Origin: Sulfolobales archaeon
Lineage (GTDB): Archaea; Thermoproteota; Thermoprotei_A; Sulfolobales; AG1
NCBI GenBank assembly: GCA_038867615.1
Contig: JAWBYA010000005.1
Span: 73,750 to 137,749 of the forward strand
Length of the DNA stretch: 64,000 nt
Direction: 5' to 3'
The position numbers and the translations under genes were made by a program. The notes beneath the pieces were generated by a model. The model did not search any database. It was given only the letters and a program-made list of their open reading frames with translations, and was not told the origin of the DNA. This document shows, piece by piece, positions 59,084-64,000 of the stretch; positions within the stretch are counted from its first letter, which is position 1; each line of letters begins with the position of its first letter.

Positions 59084-62000
59084 GTGCTAGCCGTCTATGA
59101 AGCCCTCTGCCCCTCCTGTGGAGGTGATATAGATTCCCACAGGCTCTCCATGGGTCTTCCCTGCAGGTCATGCATAGAAATTATAAGCCCTGGTCTCGAT
59201 ATGATCGAGGATCCTTTTGAGAGGGCTAGGGCTATACTAAGCATCACCGGTAGAGGGGGTGACTATGGCTCTATAATATCGCAGGAGGAGGATCTCAAGG
59301 CGTTCTCATCTTTTTTCGAGAGGGTTGTCGGGCATAACATGTGGTCTATACAGAGAGCATGGGCTAGAAGACTCCTCAAAGGATCAAGCCTTGTTCTCAC
59401 CGCACCAACGGGGAGTGGTAAGTCCACACTTGTCCAGGCTTACTCACTCTACATGGCTTCGAAAGGGTATTCTGTCTACCTTGTAGTCCCCACAAGAGAG
59501 CTTCTTAGACAGAGTGTTGATAGGATCTCCAGCATGGCCTCCAGATCTAGCGCGAGGGTTAGGATAGCTTACTACGACTCCTCGGCTAAGAAGGACATGA
59601 GGGAGAAGGCTTTAGATGCAATAAGATCCGGGGAGTATGATCTACTCGCAACAACATCGAGCATGTTTACAAAGATCTCTGGGATCCTCTCGGAGAGGAG
59701 GTTCGATATAGTGGTTGCAGACGACCTGGACTCACTTATAAAGAGCTCGAGAAACCTAGAGGGGATCCTCGGCCTAGTAGGTGTGTCTAGAGAGGAGATA
59801 GAACTTGCGCTCAAAATAGCCTCTAAAAAATACGAGATAGCCCTGGCAAGAGCCTCGAAAGACCCAGGAGAGCTTGAAAAAAATAGGGAGGAGGTAGAGG
59901 TTCTAAAGGCAGAGCTAGCCCTATCCCTCTCGAGGAAAAGGCTTGGACAGCTTGTGGTTTCAACAGCTACTGGGAAGAGCTGGGGTCTTAGATCAAAGAT
60001 CCTGAGGGAGATCCTGGGCTTCGAGGTTGGCGGTATTCTTGAGTATATGAGAAACATTATCGATGCATACACATATCCCGGATGGGATGATATAGACTCC
60101 CTAGAGGATCTTCTCAAAACCCTAGGGCCTGGTACTATTATCTATTTCTCCAGGGGCTATGATGACGAAAAGATCTCGGAGATCGTTAGCGAGCTGCAGA
60201 GAAACCTAAGGATAGGGATCTACAAGCCGGGAGGGAGGAGCCTTAGAAAATTCCTGGAAGGAGAGCTGGACTTCATAGCTGGGAAGGCTAGCTTCTACGG
60301 ATCCCTTGTCAGGGGATTAGACGAGCCTTTGAGGATAAGAAATGCCGTTTTTATAGGGATCCCCAAGCACGTCATACCTCTGAAGAGCTATCTAGCAGAT
60401 CTCAGAAACCTCGCACTATTCTATAAAAGCATCGACTCCCAGGATACCTATAGAGAGATCTATAGGCTTCTCAGGAGACTCCCACCAACACTCCCCCCGG
60501 TTATTAAGAAGATCCTGAAGGGCTATGCAGAGGCCGGCGAGTCTCTCAGAGAGACCATAGATCTCATTAAGGGTTGGATAAGCAGTGCAATCCCGATCGC
60601 TAGGCAGAGGTGTAGAGACGGGATCGAGCTTGGAGGCTCGCTAATAATGTGCCCTGGCAATGGTGAACCGGTAGCAGTGATCCCTGATGCCATGACCTAT
60701 ATACAGGCTAGTGGGAGGACGTCAAGACTATTCGGCGGGGGTATGACGCTAGGCTTATCGATCGTGATCCCCGAGAGCCTCGAGCTCCTCTCCCTCCTCT
60801 ATAAGAGGCTAAAGAGATATATCCCCGAGCTTGTTTTCAGAGAATATAGAGAGCTGGATCTCGATGGGATTAGGAGGGAGCAGGAGAGGAGCAGGAACCC
60901 GGGATCTATGTCTGGGCAGCCCCTCTCTGCTAAGAGTGTGTTAATGATAGTCGAGTCCCCCACCAAGGCTAGGACTATAGCTAGGCTTTTCGGATCCAGG
61001 TCTAGGAGGCTTATAGGCCCCTACAACCTATATGAGTTCTCCTTCAGAAAGGATGATTCTCTATATATGGTGAGCGTTATAGCAACCATGGGCCATGTTT
61101 TCGATCTATCAACGGAGGGCGGCATCTATGGATTGATCCCAGAGACAGGGATCCTGATCCCGAGGTATGGCTTTATCAGGAGATGCCAATCCTGCGGAAC
61201 ACAGTATACAGATCCTGTCGAGGTTTGTAGAAGGTGTGGGAGTACTAGGATTAAGAGCTCAGAGGATCTTCTAAAGATCCTTAGGAGGGTTTCAAGCGAG
61301 TACGACGAGATCCTCATAGCAACAGACCCCGATATGGAGGGTGAGAAGATAGCCTGGGATCTCTATCTCACGCTCAAGCCATATTCAAAAAGGATCCTTA
61401 GGGCCGAGTTTCACGAGATAACAAGGGGAGCTGTGTTACAAGCAATCACCTCACCGAGAACGATCTCTAGGAGTATGGTTAACGCACAGATCGTCAGGAG
61501 GATCGATGATAGAGTCACGGGCTTCTCAGTCAGCCAAGAGCTTCAGGAGAAGTTCTCCATGAGATGGCTTGGAGCAGGCAGGGTTGAGACCCCCGCGCTC
61601 AGCTGGGTTGTTGAGAGGTATAATCAATACAGATCATCCATGGGTTACAAGCTACTCCTAGAACTCTCTGGATACAGGGTACAGGTTTTCTTCGAGAGGA
61701 GGGAAGATGCAGAGGCCGCTTTGAAAAGCGCCCTCGACACTGGCGTGAGGATTGTTGATCTGGCTAGGGAGAAGAGGATCCTGAGACCCCCTCCCCCATA
61801 TGTTACTGATAGCCTTATCTATGATGCCTCGGCAAAGCTTGGTCTACCAGCCTCTCTTATTATGAGGACTGCACAGGATCTTTTCGAGATGGGTTTGATA
61901 ACATATCACAGGACTGATTCTACGAGAATCTCTCAGAAGGGTTTTGAGATTGCTAGGGAGTATCTCTCTAAAAAAGATCTAGCAGATCTCTTCAACCCTA

Positions 62001-62728
62001 GATCCTGGGGGGATGGGGGAGCCCACGAGGCTATTAGACCTACACAGCCAATGGATCTCGAGGATCTTGAGAGAGCCTATCTCGAGGGCGAGATCCCGTG
62101 GGGAGATCTATCGTGGATCCATACCAGGGTTTATGACCTCATATTCAGGAGGTTCATAGCGAGCCAGATGAGCGAGACCGAAGCCGAGATCTGCATAGCA
62201 TCCCTCGAGGTTGGTGGGAAGAGCTTCTCCATAGAGGGTCTCTGCTCCGAGACCAGGGGTTTTAACCAGGTATACCAGGTTGTTAGAAAACTCCCCGAAG
62301 ATCTTCTCAAGAGATCTTTGGGAGAATATATAGCTGTATCGTCAGCAAAGATCTCAAAGGGATCTTTGGTGAAACTGATCACCGGGGGAGAGCTTGTCAA
62401 GATCATGAGGGAAAAAGGTGTCGGAAGACCAAGCACCTATGCAAAGGCTATCGAGAGCAATAAGAGACACGGCTATGTGATCGAGAGCAAGAGGGGATAT
62501 CTAATCCCAACAAAGCTGGGCATAACGATCATAGACTATATTAGGCAGAAACACCCAAGCATAGCTAGCGAGGAGCATACAAGGAGACTCATGGAGCAGG
62601 TGGAATCCATAGAGAGGGGCGAGAGAAACGCTGAAGAAGTGTTGAGAGAGATCCTCGAGAGATACGCCAGAGAGGATCAAAGGATAGCGAGGATCATGAG
62701 CATAGATACAGAAGCCGGGACACACTAA
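59084..62728 (+). CDS. rgy: Reverse gyrase
   Basis: N-terminal Zn finger, APTGSGKS, DDLD, QASGRTSR, ESPTKA, DPDMEGE and ITYHRTD. Confidence 0.97.
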   Translation: MLAVYEALCPSCGGDIDSHRLSMGLPCRSCIEIISPGLDMIEDPFERARAILSITGRGGDYGSIISQEEDLKAFSSFFERVVGHNMWSIQRAWARRLLKGSSLVLTAPTGSGKSTLVQAYSLYMASKGYSVYLVVPTRELLRQSVDRISSMASRSSARVRIAYYDSSAKKDMREKALDAIRSGEYDLLATTSSMFTKISGILSERRFDIVVADDLDSLIKSSRNLEGILGLVGVSREEIELALKIASKKYEIALARASKDPGELEKNREEVEVLKAELALSLSRKRLGQLVVSTATGKSWGLRSKILREILGFEVGGILEYMRNIIDAYTYPGWDDIDSLEDLLKTLGPGTIIYFSRGYDDEKISEIVSELQRNLRIGIYKPGGRSLRKFLEGELDFIAGKASFYGSLVRGLDEPLRIRNAVFIGIPKHVIPLKSYLADLRNLALFYKSIDSQDTYREIYRLLRRLPPTLPPVIKKILKGYAEAGESLRETIDLIKGWISSAIPIARQRCRDGIELGGSLIMCPGNGEPVAVIPDAMTYIQASGRTSRLFGGGMTLGLSIVIPESLELLSLLYKRLKRYIPELVFREYRELDLDGIRREQERSRNPGSMSGQPLSAKSVLMIVESPTKARTIARLFGSRSRRLIGPYNLYEFSFRKDDSLYMVSVIATMGHVFDLSTEGGIYGLIPETGILIPRYGFIRRCQSCGTQYTDPVEVCRRCGSTRIKSSEDLLKILRRVSSEYDEILIATDPDMEGEKIAWDLYLTLKPYSKRILRAEFHEITRGAVLQAITSPRTISRSMVNAQIVRRIDDRVTGFSVSQELQEKFSMRWLGAGRVETPALSWVVERYNQYRSSMGYKLLLELSGYRVQVFFERREDAEAALKSALDTGVRIVDLAREKRILRPPPPYVTDSLIYDASAKLGLPASLIMRTAQDLFEMGLITYHRTDSTRISQKGFEIAREYLSKKDLADLFNPRSWGDGGAHEAIRPTQPMDLEDLERAYLEGEIPWGDLSWIHTRVYDLIFRRFIASQMSETEAEICIASLEVGGKSFSIEGLCSETRGFNQVYQVVRKLPEDLLKRSLGEYIAVSSAKISKGSLVKLITGGELVKIMREKGVGRPSTYAKAIESNKRHGYVIESKRGYLIPTKLGITIIDYIRQKHPSIASEEHTRRLMEQVESIERGERNAEEVLREILERYAREDQRIARIMSIDTEAGTH

Positions 62729-62746
62729 ACAAAAAACCTAGTAGTT

Positions 62747-62925
62747 CTGCCATAGTCAGCTGCTTCGAGGCTTACGAGGGTTTATAAGATAATGATATTA
62801 AACCTATGGTTCTGTGGGAACATAGCATAAGCTCTATTATTCTATGGTAGATCCAGAGCGTGGGGCTTCCACCACCCCGCAGGGATCTCTACCACACGGG
62901 TTCGCGACTAGATCGGACCTAACGG
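62747..62925 (+). mobile_element. Family-1 element, copy 3 (shared left ~100 nt, different right part ending CCTAACGG)
   Basis: CTGCCATAGTCAGCTGCTTC...GGTTTATAAG...GATATTAA...GTTCTG...ATAAGCTCTATTATTCTATGG aligns with copies 1 and 2. Confidence 0.65.
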
Positions 62926-63250
62926 TATGGGGCTTCTATCTGCTGTGAAATCATCCCCTTAATTGCTTGAAATACTGCTCTATCACCACCTAGAGTCAAT
63001 CTCCAGCTTCTTAACATTGATATCTATTAGGATTAGATATTTAGATATCAGGATTAGATATCCTTTCACAGGGCGCGGCATGATAGCCCTAGAACAGAGA
63101 TCCTAGTATACCCAAGGTTAGAGGCTGGTAATAGAGTAGAGAGGGATCATGCACTAGTTAATGGAGGTAAGGATAGGTGTGAACTAAACAGCTAAACATT
63201 AGCGTAGGGTTTATATATTGCTTCTGCCTAGCACTCCATAGGAGAGGCTT

Positions 63251-63889
63251 GTGAAGAGATTTGCTAGCCTCTCCCACAATAAGAGGGATATTTTCATAGC
63301 AGCTACAGCAATAGCCCTAGCCCTATCCATATCAATAGCATACGCCAACGTCTTCGTATATATGCCAATTGAGGTAAAGCTAGAGCCGGTAGCCCCGCCA
63401 GTATACTTTGAATATGGAAGCAATGCAGGAAACCCTGACCTAGGATCTAACAATGTCATAATGGTTAGCCTAGGATCTAGTAAAGAGAGCCTCACTGTTA
63501 CCATTCATCCAACATACGAGGTATCATACTATAAGAATGTATCAATAATAGTCAATACAGATAACAAGGTATACTACATATCATTCAAAGTAGAGGAGCC
63601 GGCTATCCTTCCTCCCGGGAGCATTCTATACCTCTGTGTATACGAGTCAAACGCTCCCAGAAAACTATGGACCAGTCCTGCTAACCCTCGACCAATCCCT
63701 GTTGATGTCCTCTGCATATACCTGCTACCCTATTATGCAAATGTCGCCTATGAACATATAATTTACCCTAACAGCAAGTTAGAGCTAGATGTATATGTAT
63801 ACATACCACAGGGCGCTCCACTACCCTCCCAGACGAGCTCCAAGATCCACCTGATCTACACGCCGACATATGAGGAGCCAGGTGGTTGA
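63251..63889 (+). CDS. Secreted beta-rich hypothetical protein
   Basis: Signal peptide ending IAYA, then beta-strand-rich sequence with no C-terminal anchor. Confidence 0.75.
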   Translation: MKRFASLSHNKRDIFIAATAIALALSISIAYANVFVYMPIEVKLEPVAPPVYFEYGSNAGNPDLGSNNVIMVSLGSSKESLTVTIHPTYEVSYYKNVSIIVNTDNKVYYISFKVEEPAILPPGSILYLCVYESNAPRKLWTSPANPRPIPVDVLCIYLLPYYANVAYEHIIYPNSKLELDVYVYIPQGAPLPSQTSSKIHLIYTPTYEEPGG

Positions 63890-64000
63890 TGAGAAATGTT
63901 TTTTCCGCACACCTCCTAATTATAATTATATCAATACTATCACTCCTCCCCATACCCAGCATCTCTGCATCCATACACACATACCCACCAACCCAGATCT
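63889..64000 (+). CDS. Start of a secreted protein (partial)
   Basis: ATG overlaps the upstream TGA. MRNVFSAHLLIIIISILSLLPIPSISA is a signal peptide. Confidence 0.6.
   Translation, partial: MRNVFSAHLLIIIISILSLLPIPSISASIHTYPPTQI

Noticed and set aside
63029-63061. AGGATTAGATAT direct repeat
   Set aside because: Only two units in AT-rich DNA, so not an array.
1-64000. CRISPR arrays, cas genes, transposase/integrase genes, inteins
   Set aside because: None seen. RtcB and reverse gyrase are of normal length, and the dispersed elements are not followed by repeat-spacer units.

Overview
64 kb of a hyperthermophilic crenarchaeal (Thermoproteota) chromosome, identified by reverse gyrase, PCNA, eS1, CarS, LysM/LysW/LysX, RtcB and Trm112. 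Most of it is housekeeping and metabolic: a his operon (hisG-D-C-B-H-A-F-I), two Liv-type and one Opp-type ABC modules, a type IV pilus locus, a VapBC pair and tRNA-Leu(CAG). The features the ORF track misses are the most interesting. (1) An isolated 3' half of tRNA-Gln starts exactly at position 38 and has its own TATA box and a GC-rich leader able to form a bulge-helix-bulge, which makes it a candidate trans-spliced split tRNA. Its 5' half was not found in the window. (2) At least five 180-270 nt non-coding elements fall into two sequence families with internal TATA boxes, conserved hairpins or K-turns and GCTGTT...AAC(GG) ends. They look like non-autonomous, RNA-encoding derivatives of tnpB-type IS elements, and two of them bracket a 7.6 kb regulator/Liv/GGT block. 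(3) An Rnl1-like nucleotidyltransferase fold lacking its catalytic residues is tightly coupled to an enlarged orphan HEPN gene. (4) Three genes (livH, an asparagine synthetase-like gene and hisG) have no in-frame ATG/GTG/TTG at their evident N-terminus. (5) GATC is strongly over-represented. All calls were made by eye, with no searches run.
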